NCBI GenBank assembly: GCA_964554475.1
Contig: CAZKOT010000001.1
Location: forward strand, 1-63,347
From: an uncultured Christensenella sp.
GTDB taxonomy: Bacteria > Bacillota > Clostridia > Christensenellales > UBA1242
Reading direction: 5' to 3'
Length of the DNA: 63,347 nucleotides
Shown here: one piece after another, positions 8,597 to 17,055 of the stretch
How the letters are laid out: each line of letters starts with the position of its first letter
Position numbering within the stretch: the stretch's first letter is position 1
Position numbers and translations under genes: made by a program
Notes under the pieces: generated by a model
The model's database searches: none
Seen by the model: only the letters and a program-made list of their open reading frames with translations
What the model was told of the DNA's origin: nothing

Positions 8597-10981
8597 TTAT
8601 GGTGTTCCACCAGGTGGCTTAGGTTTTTTAGAAATTTCTCTCTTAAGTCTTTCAACATCTTGTTTAAGTTTTTTAACGTCCTCATTACCTCCGCCTCCGC
8701 CAGTTGTAACATCCTTACCTGATTTTGCAATTTTTTCATGAATTCTTGCTTTTGCTGCTTCTTCATCTTCATATTTCTTAATTGTTTCTTGTTTTTCAAT
8801 TTCTTTTGAAGATTTACCCTGGAATGCCCACAACATACTTTGTAGAGCCATTTTATTAGAACGTCCAAAAGCTTTTTTAATTTCACCCATAGGAAAGGTC
8901 GAAAATGCTGCCAAGTTTGAAAGAGGTAAAACATCAGCTGTCCATGAAGCGACCTTACTTGCACGAGTTCCCATAATTTCAGAAGATTTTTGACTTTTTA
9001 TTTCTCTAAAGGCTTTTTCTCCATAACCGCCTTTTTTATCTTTAAACTCATCAAAAGTTTGCCCGATATATTGTTTTGCATACAAACCTTCCATCATTGA
9101 GCCTTCACTTGATTCTTTCCAATCTTTGTAACTCTTATCTCCACCTTCATCTTGATAATCTTTGTAAGCCTCAGACATATTTTTAGTAAATTCTTCATTA
9201 CTTCCCGTTAAAGAATCAAAAGCTTGACGTGCTCCGCCACCTTGCCATTGTGATTCAGCCTCTTTTACCATGCCTTCATGTTTACCAAAAGATTTAACCT
9301 TTGTTCCAAAATCTTGGAGTTTTGCTCCAGCGCCCATTACACCACCAACAAATTTATGATCTCCCGGATGTTGTAGCTCTTCTTTTTTAGCTTTTTGCCA
9401 TTTAGACCCAATTACTTTTCCTGCAGTACGCCCAACTATCGTTGCCGGCAAAGCAGTTGCTTTAACCGCAAAACCTGCAGCAGCACCTGTGTATTTTGCA
9501 GCAGATGCCAATGTGTCACCAGTTTTTTCAACAAGTTCACCTCCAGCTGCAACTGCATCTTCACCACCAATAAGTCCGCTTAACAATTTAACAAACCCTT
9601 CAACAACAGTTAAGCCAACAATTATAAATAGTGTTGAAATAATCAAATTAATAACATAAATTGCACTACTCCAAGTTCCCGTTTCAGCAAAAAATTTAAT
9701 ATCATTTAGGTAAGGAAAAATTAGGAAAAACAAATTCATTCCAATAATTGCACCATAAGCACTCAATGCTTTTGAAAGAAAATTTTCCCGCCACTTATTA
9801 AATGCCTTTCCGCCGTCAAGAGGCATAACTGCAATAATAGGGGGTGAAATAATAAACAAAGCAACAATTTCAATAATACGTTTAACTAATGCCGCAGCAA
9901 TTTTAACAAAAATTGTAAGAGCAATAATAAAACAAGCAAATCCAATTAAGAAATTAAATTGCCACAAATCATAATAATACCAAATAAGTGCAACATCATA
10001 TTTTGAAAATCTTGTAACCGTTGATGGTGATGGAAAAACCATTCCACATTTAAGTGCATCCACACCATCACCAAATTGAAGTGTTTCAATGGTTGGTTTT
10101 AAATGAATGTTATTTGCAAACGCTTCATCAACCAATTGAGCGCATGCTTGAGCATCTGCCCCAGTGTCAAAAATCTGAAAATTTGAAATCCTATCTCTTT
10201 GTGATAATTGAAAAAAGCTCAAGTTTTCAGTGCTTAAATCTTCTTTAATAACCCAATAAGTATTATTTTGTCTAAATCTATTTGCATTATATGCCGCAGT
10301 TTTAAACATTAACCCACTGAATGAAGTTGTTGTTGTTGCAGGAGAATAAAAATAAAAAATATCATAATAAACATAAGACATTTGACCGTTACCCGCCTCA
10401 CCTTGAACAAGAAGGTTTTTAACATTTTGCATTTCTCCACCTGAATCCATATATTCAGTTTTAAACAATGTTCCGCCAGTTTCGCCGCCTGTTGTGGCAC
10501 TATCAAGAGCCATTAGCAAAATATCACTTAAAAATAATCCAAATATACAAGAAACAGGAACAATTAAAAATAAAAACAAACTTTTAATGCTTTTTGAAAT
10601 AATAATCAATTTGTTGTTTGAAGGTTTTTCTTTTGCACTATCTGCATCGGGCATATACTCTTGTCTAATAGTAGCAATAATAGTTGTAACAATTAAAAGA
10701 ATAACAGCAAAAATCACAAGCGCCCAAAATGCGTTTTTAATAGCAGGATAAGCAGAATCTGAAACAAAAATATTTCTAAGAAAAGAAAGTGCAATGTCTC
10801 CTGTTTGTGCTGTAGCATCTTCGCCAACATAATAGGTATCCAAACCAGCAAGTTTTCGCATTACAAGTTGTAAAGTATCGAGTAGCGACATTAAAGTAAC
10901 GCAAAGAAAATAAATAAGTTTAGGAATTAATGAAATTATTTCCCAAAACCAATCAAAGGGTGTCCAAGCCAAAAATTGCAT
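8597..10981 (-). CDS. Polytopic membrane protein, paralog A: candidate VirB6/TrbL-like (TcpH/ConG/Orf15 class) T4SS channel component
   Basis: 794 aa. Multiple predicted TM helices are present, for example 'AFWALVIFAVILLIVTTIIATI', 'LFLFLIVPVSCIFGLFLSDILL' and 'ALFIISPPIIAVMPLDGGKAF...IIGMNLFFLIFPYLN'. A Gly/Ala-rich segment is followed by a long K/E-rich tail. The size class matches Gram-positive VirB6-like proteins. It sits next to the VirD4-like gene. No direct motif proof is available. Confidence 0.4.
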   Translation of the reverse strand: MQFLAWTPFDWFWEIISLIPKLIYFLCVTLMSLLDTLQLVMRKLAGLDTYYVGEDATAQTGDIALSFLRNIFVSDSAYPAIKNAFWALVIFAVILLIVTTIIATIRQEYMPDADSAKEKPSNNKLIIISKSIKSLFLFLIVPVSCIFGLFLSDILLMALDSATTGGETGGTLFKTEYMDSGGEMQNVKNLLVQGEAGNGQMSYVYYDIFYFYSPATTTTSFSGLMFKTAAYNANRFRQNNTYWVIKEDLSTENLSFFQLSQRDRISNFQIFDTGADAQACAQLVDEAFANNIHLKPTIETLQFGDGVDALKCGMVFPSPSTVTRFSKYDVALIWYYYDLWQFNFLIGFACFIIALTIFVKIAAALVKRIIEIVALFIISPPIIAVMPLDGGKAFNKWRENFLSKALSAYGAIIGMNLFFLIFPYLNDIKFFAETGTWSSAIYVINLIISTLFIIVGLTVVEGFVKLLSGLIGGEDAVAAGGELVEKTGDTLASAAKYTGAAAGFAVKATALPATIVGRTAGKVIGSKWQKAKKEELQHPGDHKFVGGVMGAGAKLQDFGTKVKSFGKHEGMVKEAESQWQGGGARQAFDSLTGSNEEFTKNMSEAYKDYQDEGGDKSYKDWKESSEGSMMEGLYAKQYIGQTFDEFKDKKGGYGEKAFREIKSQKSSEIMGTRASKVASWTADVLPLSNLAAFSTFPMGEIKKAFGRSNKMALQSMLWAFQGKSSKEIEKQETIKKYEDEEAAKARIHEKIAKSGKDVTTGGGGGNEDVKKLKQDVERLKREISKKPKPPGGTP

Positions 10982-11117
10982 CTTTTTTCCTCCCTGCCTA
11001 TTACATTTCGATTATTGCAGTTACATCATTGCGAGAAAACATATTCCATGGCATTCACTTCATTCTCGTTATTTTATAAAAACGAAATGGGTAGCGTTGT
11101 TAAACAAAATGAAAATA

Positions 11118-13388
11118 TTATTTCTTTTTTGTTTGTGATTGTTCTGCTTTTGCTTTTTTTTGAACTTCGTAAGCAGCCTCTTCTTTTTTCTTAAGTCTCT
11201 TTTCTTCCATAAATCCAGCAATATCACCAAGTCCTTTGCCCATAAATGCCATTTGAGCAGCAGTAAATCCACCTTTTCCACCTTTAGTTGCAGCAGATTT
11301 CCATTCATCTTGTAGAAGGTCAGTAAGAAGTCCAATATGTTTTATGCCTGTTGCTCCAATTGCACTTGAAACTCTCGCTTTTCTTTGAGTTCCAATTTCT
11401 TGAAGTCTTTGTGCTTTTCCTTGTTTGACGTATGCATCTCTTTTTTCTTTTAGTGCTACATCTCTTGTTCTGCCTCCGGCGGAATACCTTTTTTCGGCTG
11501 TATCAAGTATTTGTTGTTCAATTTTAGCCTTTGCAGTTTGACCTTTTTCTGAACTTTCCCAATCTTCTCGGGTTAATGCAGCGGCACCTGAAGCTTTTGT
11601 AGTCATAGAATATCTTCCGTAAGCACTATCCATAGCATCTTCTTGATTTTTTTGTTCTTCCTTATATTCCTGACTTTGTCTTATTTCTTCGTTAAATTCT
11701 TCATTTGCTTTTTGTTTTTCTTCTCTATCAAATTTCTGTCCGTGTTCTTGTTCAATTTTTTCTTTTGTTTTCTTACTCGTTAAAAATTTTCCAGCAAATC
11801 CTCCCTCATCACGTATTTTGTTTGCTAAACCGGATTTTCCAATCTTTTTTCCAATTGCTCTTGCCCCTTTACCAGCGAGACCTCCTCCCATTGCTTTCAT
11901 TGCAAGACCTGCTGCTCCACCCGTTAATCGTGCAGCACCTGCAACCAATGAACCCACTTTTTCAGTTAGCTTTCCACCCGCTTCGGCGGCATCTTCTGCA
12001 CCAATCATTTTGCTAACCATTGCTAAAAAGGTGTTTATGACAGTCAATCCAACAATAATCATTAACGAACTTATCATAAGATTTAATAGGGCAGTAACAA
12101 TTGCAATGTCTCCGGTTTCAGGAAACAGTTTAATTTGATTTAAATACGGAAAAATCAAAAACAATAGATTCATTCCAATAATACATGCAAAAACCGAGAG
12201 TGCTTTTTGAAGAAAACTTTCACGCCATTTATTAAAAGACTTACCCTCATCAAGAGGCATTGTGGCAATAAAGGGTGGTGAAATAATAAAGAGAGCAACC
12301 ATCTCAATAATACGTTTCATTAAACCAAGAATAATATCAATAAATAATTTAATTGCAATGATTAAAAAAGCAAAACCAACAATATAATTAAAAAACCACA
12401 AATCATAATAGTACCAAACAAGTGGAACATTAAATTTTGAAAAATTCGAAATCTGTTGTTCATCTGTAATTGTCCATAATCCTAATTCTACAACTGAAGA
12501 AAAAGAACTGTCAACATTGATAGGTTTTGAACCTGGTGTTTGCCCCGTTCCTTTAAAAAAGACATGATTTGCAAAAGCTTCATCAATTAATTCAGCGGTT
12601 TTTTCTTTATCATCAGCATATAAATTAAATATATCAAAATGTGAAATTGTTGAAACTGTTCCCACTAAACGTTGAGAATATGTAACTCCACCATATTCTT
12701 TATTGATACGAACCCTGTTTGCATTATAAGCGGCAGATTTAAACATCATTCCGCTAAATGTTAAATTCCTCGTAGGCAATCCTTGTTCAAAAATATCAAA
12801 AAAACAATATGTTTGAGTATCAGCAATATTTTCACTATGCAGTTGACTTCTAGCAGTTGAATTAGACAAAAGTATCCCCCCAGTGGAAGTACTTGTCGTT
12901 GCACTGTCCATTGCTTGAAGAGCAATGTCTCCTAATGCAAGACCAAAAATACAAGAAAGAGGAACAATTAAAAACATAAAAAGACTACGAATGCTACTTT
13001 TGATTATTGTTAACTTATTATTTGATGGTTTTTCTTTTGAAGATTCTTGACCAGGCAAATATTCCTGTCTAATGATTGCAATAATTGTTGCAACAATTAA
13101 AAAAATTATGCCTAAAATAACCAATGCCCAAAATGCATTTTTTAAAGCGGGAAAACGTGAATCTGTAACAAAAATTTCTCTCATAAAACCAAGCGCAATA
13201 TCGCCTGTTTCAGGACTAGTACTATCACCTATATAATAGACATCAAGACCGGCAAGTTTACGCATAATCCATTGAAAAGCATCAAGAACACTCATTAATG
13301 AAACGCAAATAAAATAAATCAATTTGGGAATAATGTTAACCCAAGATGTAATCAAATCTTCAAAACTTAAAATAAATGATACTGACAA
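11118..13388 (-). CDS. Polytopic membrane protein, paralog B: tandem duplicate of paralog A and candidate VirB6/TrbL-like protein
   Basis: 756 aa. The N-terminal 170 aa and the membrane core are collinear with paralog A. Shared blocks include 'IPKLIYF(L/I)CV(T/S)LMS(L/V)LD', 'KEKPSNNKL', 'WYYYDLW(Q/F)FN', 'RIIE(I/M)VALFIISPP', 'MPLD(G/E)GK(A/S)FNKWRE' and 'IIGMNL(F/L)FLIFPYLN'. The central 250 aa are strongly diverged. Confidence 0.4.
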   Translation of the reverse strand: MSVSFILSFEDLITSWVNIIPKLIYFICVSLMSVLDAFQWIMRKLAGLDVYYIGDSTSPETGDIALGFMREIFVTDSRFPALKNAFWALVILGIIFLIVATIIAIIRQEYLPGQESSKEKPSNNKLTIIKSSIRSLFMFLIVPLSCIFGLALGDIALQAMDSATTSTSTGGILLSNSTARSQLHSENIADTQTYCFFDIFEQGLPTRNLTFSGMMFKSAAYNANRVRINKEYGGVTYSQRLVGTVSTISHFDIFNLYADDKEKTAELIDEAFANHVFFKGTGQTPGSKPINVDSSFSSVVELGLWTITDEQQISNFSKFNVPLVWYYYDLWFFNYIVGFAFLIIAIKLFIDIILGLMKRIIEMVALFIISPPFIATMPLDEGKSFNKWRESFLQKALSVFACIIGMNLLFLIFPYLNQIKLFPETGDIAIVTALLNLMISSLMIIVGLTVINTFLAMVSKMIGAEDAAEAGGKLTEKVGSLVAGAARLTGGAAGLAMKAMGGGLAGKGARAIGKKIGKSGLANKIRDEGGFAGKFLTSKKTKEKIEQEHGQKFDREEKQKANEEFNEEIRQSQEYKEEQKNQEDAMDSAYGRYSMTTKASGAAALTREDWESSEKGQTAKAKIEQQILDTAEKRYSAGGRTRDVALKEKRDAYVKQGKAQRLQEIGTQRKARVSSAIGATGIKHIGLLTDLLQDEWKSAATKGGKGGFTAAQMAFMGKGLGDIAGFMEEKRLKKKEEAAYEVQKKAKAEQSQTKKK

Positions 13389-13570
13389 TTAATTATTCCT
13401 TTATATTATTTTGACATTTTCATTCTTATTATAACAAAAAAAATGAAAAAGCGAAAAGATTTTTAATAAAATCTCTGCTTTAGTTTAAACTTAATACAAA
13501 AAATTAATAATAAAAAAATAATATTGCTTCAATAAATAGTTACAAAATAAAATAAAATTATGATTGTCTT

Positions 13571-15544
13571 TTAAAAATCGAAATCGGTGAAATCACTCCT
13601 TGTTCCCCCGCCCAATTTTTTATTTCTTTCAGTTATATCAAAATATATTGCCTTTTCGTCAAGATATTTGCTAGGAACATATTTTTCTGCCGCTTTACGT
13701 TGATCAAATTGTGGAGTTTTGAAGTAGGGTGTAAGTTGGGTTTTAATAGGGTTAACTTGAAATATTTTAATTATTGCTGTTCCAAAAGGAAGTTGACCTA
13801 ATTCATAAGGATAAATAAGTGGTCGCGAAACAACTTTTTTACTTGTTGTTTTATTTTCACCATCACCTTTTTCAGATTTACTAGAAGATTTATCCTCCAT
13901 TTCCATTGAAATTTCGCCACACATTTTTGAGTATTCTTCTTTTGTTTTTTGGTCCTCGGTTCCCAAATAAATTTGGATATTACAGTTTCCTCTTATTGTT
14001 TCAGCAACTTCTTTAGAATATTTGTTTTCAAGCTGAGAATAAGATTGAATAACAAGTTCAAAAAAAATATCACGAGAACGTGCAACTGTAATAATACTAT
14101 CCATCTTTGGAATTTTGGGTAAATTTGCGAACTCATCAAGTAAGAAGTACACTGTTTTGTCAAGTTTAAGTGATGGTTTAAGACTAGCTTTTTCAATTAA
14201 TTTTTTATATATTTGTGAAATACACATTGTTGCAATACAGTGTCTGCTCTCTTTTTCATCGGGTACTTTAATAAAAAGAACGGTCGGTTTGTCTGTGAAA
14301 TCGTCAAAATACATATCATTACCGCTTGTTGCGTAACAAATGCCGGCATCTTGAAAAATTGAAATTCTTGATTGTAGCACACCAATGTAACTTTTTGTTG
14401 TATTTGGAGCATTGTTAATAACCGTTGAAGTTAATGATTGCACCTTTGAAAGTTTGTCTCTTCCAATATTACAATATTGACGTAGTGTCCCAAAAATATT
14501 ATCAGGATCTGGGTCACGATAATTTGCAATTTTTCCAAGATTATAAAAATTAAATCTTTCTCTTGTCATTCCTAGTTCAGGATTTGAACTATCTTCAAGC
14601 ATTGCAAGCATAAGTCCAAAAAGAAAATCTTGTGCTCCACGCTCCCATGAAGTATCAGTTTTGCTTTCAATTGGAACAACAGTTGCAGCAATTTCACGAA
14701 GTTCGTTTTCTGCCATATCAATAAGTTCTTGTTTTTTTGACAAAGCATCTGTAACTGCCATTTCTTTTGTTGGATATGCAATTTTATTATATTCATACCA
14801 AACAGGTCCATAATTATTTGTTATTAATCTCAATCCACTATTAGGATTCGGTTTTCCTTCTCTATGTTCTTTTATCTCTCTTTCTAGATTGTGTGCTTTG
14901 TGGTACATCATATATGAGTTATCCATTGGATTCCAGCGTGTAGAAGCATATGGGTTACGAAGGTCAAGCACTTCAAGACGATATCCCGCTTCTTCAAGTT
15001 GAATTGAATGATTGTTAAAAAGTTCCCCTTTCGGGTCAGTAATCACCAAACAAGGTTTTTGTGCGGTGTGTGAAAGAATTCGTATTGCCGGTTCAATCAA
15101 AAGCGTTGTTTTACCCGAACCAGTTGTTCCAATAACAAGGGTGTGAATTGGATTATACATATTTATTAATAATTTTCCACCACTTACAAGATTACGTATA
15201 ACAATACCACTTCGTTTTATGGAAGAAAGTGCACCCCAATGAGTCGGTGTAAATTTAGAATCAGTTGCAAGTTCATTTAAAGTAATCCAACGAGAGTCAT
15301 AATATTGACTCATGGTTCCACTTTGTTTTGTTTTACCTTGTCCAAAATCTCCGCCTTTTTTAGGTGTTTTTGTTAATACATATATAATTGCTCCAACTGC
15401 AGCAAGACCAAAAGCTCCTAAAGTTGTGCTGTTTGTTAAAAGAAAAGGAATGTCGTCAAAACCATTTAATAAGCCCGAAACAACAACACCTGCAACATAT
15501 GAGAGAATAATTAAAACTACTAAATAAATAATTTTTTTCTTCAT
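13571..15544 (-). CDS. Type IV secretion coupling protein (VirD4/TraG/TraD family ATPase)
   Basis: 657 aa. Features in order: an N-terminal TM helix pair, Walker A 'VIGTTGSGKTT', Walker B 'VYFLLDEFANLPKIP', and the T4CP-typical 'QSYSQLENKY...IRGNCNIQIYLG' block. The C-terminus ends in the acidic/aromatic 'DFTDFDF'. Confidence 0.8.
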   Translation of the reverse strand: MKKKIIYLVVLIILSYVAGVVVSGLLNGFDDIPFLLTNSTTLGAFGLAAVGAIIYVLTKTPKKGGDFGQGKTKQSGTMSQYYDSRWITLNELATDSKFTPTHWGALSSIKRSGIVIRNLVSGGKLLINMYNPIHTLVIGTTGSGKTTLLIEPAIRILSHTAQKPCLVITDPKGELFNNHSIQLEEAGYRLEVLDLRNPYASTRWNPMDNSYMMYHKAHNLEREIKEHREGKPNPNSGLRLITNNYGPVWYEYNKIAYPTKEMAVTDALSKKQELIDMAENELREIAATVVPIESKTDTSWERGAQDFLFGLMLAMLEDSSNPELGMTRERFNFYNLGKIANYRDPDPDNIFGTLRQYCNIGRDKLSKVQSLTSTVINNAPNTTKSYIGVLQSRISIFQDAGICYATSGNDMYFDDFTDKPTVLFIKVPDEKESRHCIATMCISQIYKKLIEKASLKPSLKLDKTVYFLLDEFANLPKIPKMDSIITVARSRDIFFELVIQSYSQLENKYSKEVAETIRGNCNIQIYLGTEDQKTKEEYSKMCGEISMEMEDKSSSKSEKGDGENKTTSKKVVSRPLIYPYELGQLPFGTAIIKIFQVNPIKTQLTPYFKTPQFDQRKAAEKYVPSKYLDEKAIYFDITERNKKLGGGTRSDFTDFDF

Positions 15545-15981
15545 GCCAAAACCCCTTGAAAAATTTAATAAAATTTTATAATAACCAATTTTTTAAATTA
15601 TAAATTATGAATTTCATTAATAGGTTACACAAAAAGAAGATTTTAAGTCAAGTAAATGGAATGAAAGTAGAAAAATATATTGCGAATTTTCTTTTTCACA
15701 AATAAAAATAAAAAAGATATTTTTAAAATATCAAATTGTTTCACAACAAAAAATAAGTTTCATAATGAGGTTTCATATTAATTAATAAAAATTTAAGAAT
15801 ATAATTAAACTAATAGTTTAAAAAAAATTTAAAATTAAATTTAAATTAACAAAAAAAAATCAAAATTTGTTTTGAAGTTTTTTTTTATTATGTTAATATT
15901 ATTTTGTAAATTTAATTGCTTTTGAATAAATGCAATTTTATTGCGAAAAATACGAATAGAAAAATTGTTTTGGAGGAATAT

Positions 15982-16359
15982 ATGAATTATTTAGTAGCAG
16001 TAGCAAGCAAAATATTGGGTTTTGTTGCTTCCCCATTTCAAGTCGGTGGTTGGGAAAATATAGAAGATAGAATACCCGAGGATTTTGCTTGGATAAAAAA
16101 TGTTGTTGATGCCATCACCATGATACTTTGGCCACTTTTAATTGTTGTCGGTGCTGCGGGAATGATTTATGCTGTTATTCTTGGAGTTAACATGGCGAGA
16201 GCTGATTCAACTGAAAAAAGAGAAGAGGCGAAAAAACGTTTAATTAATGTTATTGTAGGAATGGCAATTGTAATTGGATTAATATTATTCATGCAATTAT
16301 TCATGTACGTCATAATGCCGAATTTCATACCAACAGTTGATTTAATACCAGCAGAATAA
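15982..16359 (+). CDS. Small two-TM membrane protein, possibly a VirB2/TrbC-like pilin or an accessory T4SS protein
   Basis: The track ORF starts at a TTG at 15916. An in-frame ATG at 15982 lies 5 nt after GGAGG. The product is 125 aa. A hydrophobic leader is followed by two TM helices, 'ITMILWPLLIVVGAAGMIYAVILGV' and 'VIVGMAIVIGLILFMQLFMYVIM', separated by a charged loop 'ARADSTEKREEAKKRL'. The gene is divergent from the T4CP operon across a 370-bp AT-rich spacer. Confidence 0.3.
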   Translation: MNYLVAVASKILGFVASPFQVGGWENIEDRIPEDFAWIKNVVDAITMILWPLLIVVGAAGMIYAVILGVNMARADSTEKREEAKKRLINVIVGMAIVIGLILFMQLFMYVIMPNFIPTVDLIPAE

Positions 16360-16371
16360 AAATAATAATAA

Positions 16372-16404
16372 AAACCTCTTTAACATTAAAGAGGTTTTTT
16401 TATT
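16372..16404. terminator. Rho-independent terminator, bidirectional between convergent genes
   Basis: 'aaacctcttta' / acat / 'taaagaggttt' is followed by T7. It starts 13 nt after the 16359 stop. Confidence 0.55.
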
Positions 16405-16446
16405 TTAATAAATTATTTTAGGTAGTCTCAAGGCGTCAATTTAAGA

Positions 16447-16707
16447 TTATAAATAATGGCTTCCAATAATATTATTCATTCTCAAAACCCTTCTAAAATT
16501 TTCCGCTTTTTCTTTGGTTTCAAAGCGTGTTCTTAAGTCTACGTTAAACTCCCCTTTTAAGAAATCACAGTAGTAATCTTTTATATCTGGGTCACTTAAA
16601 TCCCAATTTAAAATGCCATTATGTTCATCAACATCATAAAATTCGTCATATGTCCAAATAGTCGCTCCTTCCTCTAAAAGTTTTTTTAATCTTTCCCTTG
16701 TAATCAT
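16447..16707 (-). CDS. Hypothetical small acidic protein
   Basis: 86 aa. An AAGGAG RBS is present on the minus strand around 16727-16732. No recognisable domain was found. Confidence 0.4.
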   Translation of the reverse strand: MITRERLKKLLEEGATIWTYDEFYDVDEHNGILNWDLSDPDIKDYYCDFLKGEFNVDLRTRFETKEKAENFRRVLRMNNIIGSHYL

Positions 16708-16993
16708 TTTAAAACTCCTTTTTTGTTTAATTGTTTACTATTATCATATTAATATTTTCTATTAACAAGATTCGTATGCCATTTTTAGAATTGAGAATAT
16801 GTAAAGTTAGAAAGTGTGGCAATCTAAAATTTTATGTCGCTTTCCAACGATCTTTCTTCTCGCATTTTATTTCAACATGCTAATTCATTCATCTGCGATT
16901 TGTGTTTAGTATTTTGTAATTTGTTTTGGCATATTTTCTTTTCTATTACAAATTACTATTTATAATATATAATATAAAAACTATTATATTTAT

Positions 16994-17022
16994 TTGCTCA
17001 AAAAAAATGGTTATGTTAAAAT
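16994..17022 (+). promoter_or_regulatory. Candidate sigma-A promoter of the giant surface-protein gene
   Basis: TTGCTC, then 17 nt, then TAAAAT. It sits about 35 nt upstream of an AGAGG RBS and the ATG at 17056. Confidence 0.3.
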
Positions 17023-17055
17023 TATTTTGTCGAATTAAAACAATTTAGAGGTTTT

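Noticed and set aside
8130-8964. ORFs 8130..8402 (+) and 8593..8964 (-)
   Set aside because: These are alternative-frame or antisense reads over the tail-ORF and the 3' end of paralog A. The sequences are low-complexity K/E/S/F-rich artefacts.
9395-12138. Plus-strand ORFs inside the paralog genes (9395..9583, 10054..10248, 10494..10751, 11705..12016, 11818..12138)
   Set aside because: They are antisense to well-supported coding regions. The Ala/Pro-rich 11818..12138 product mirrors the Gly/Ala-rich codons of the sense strand.
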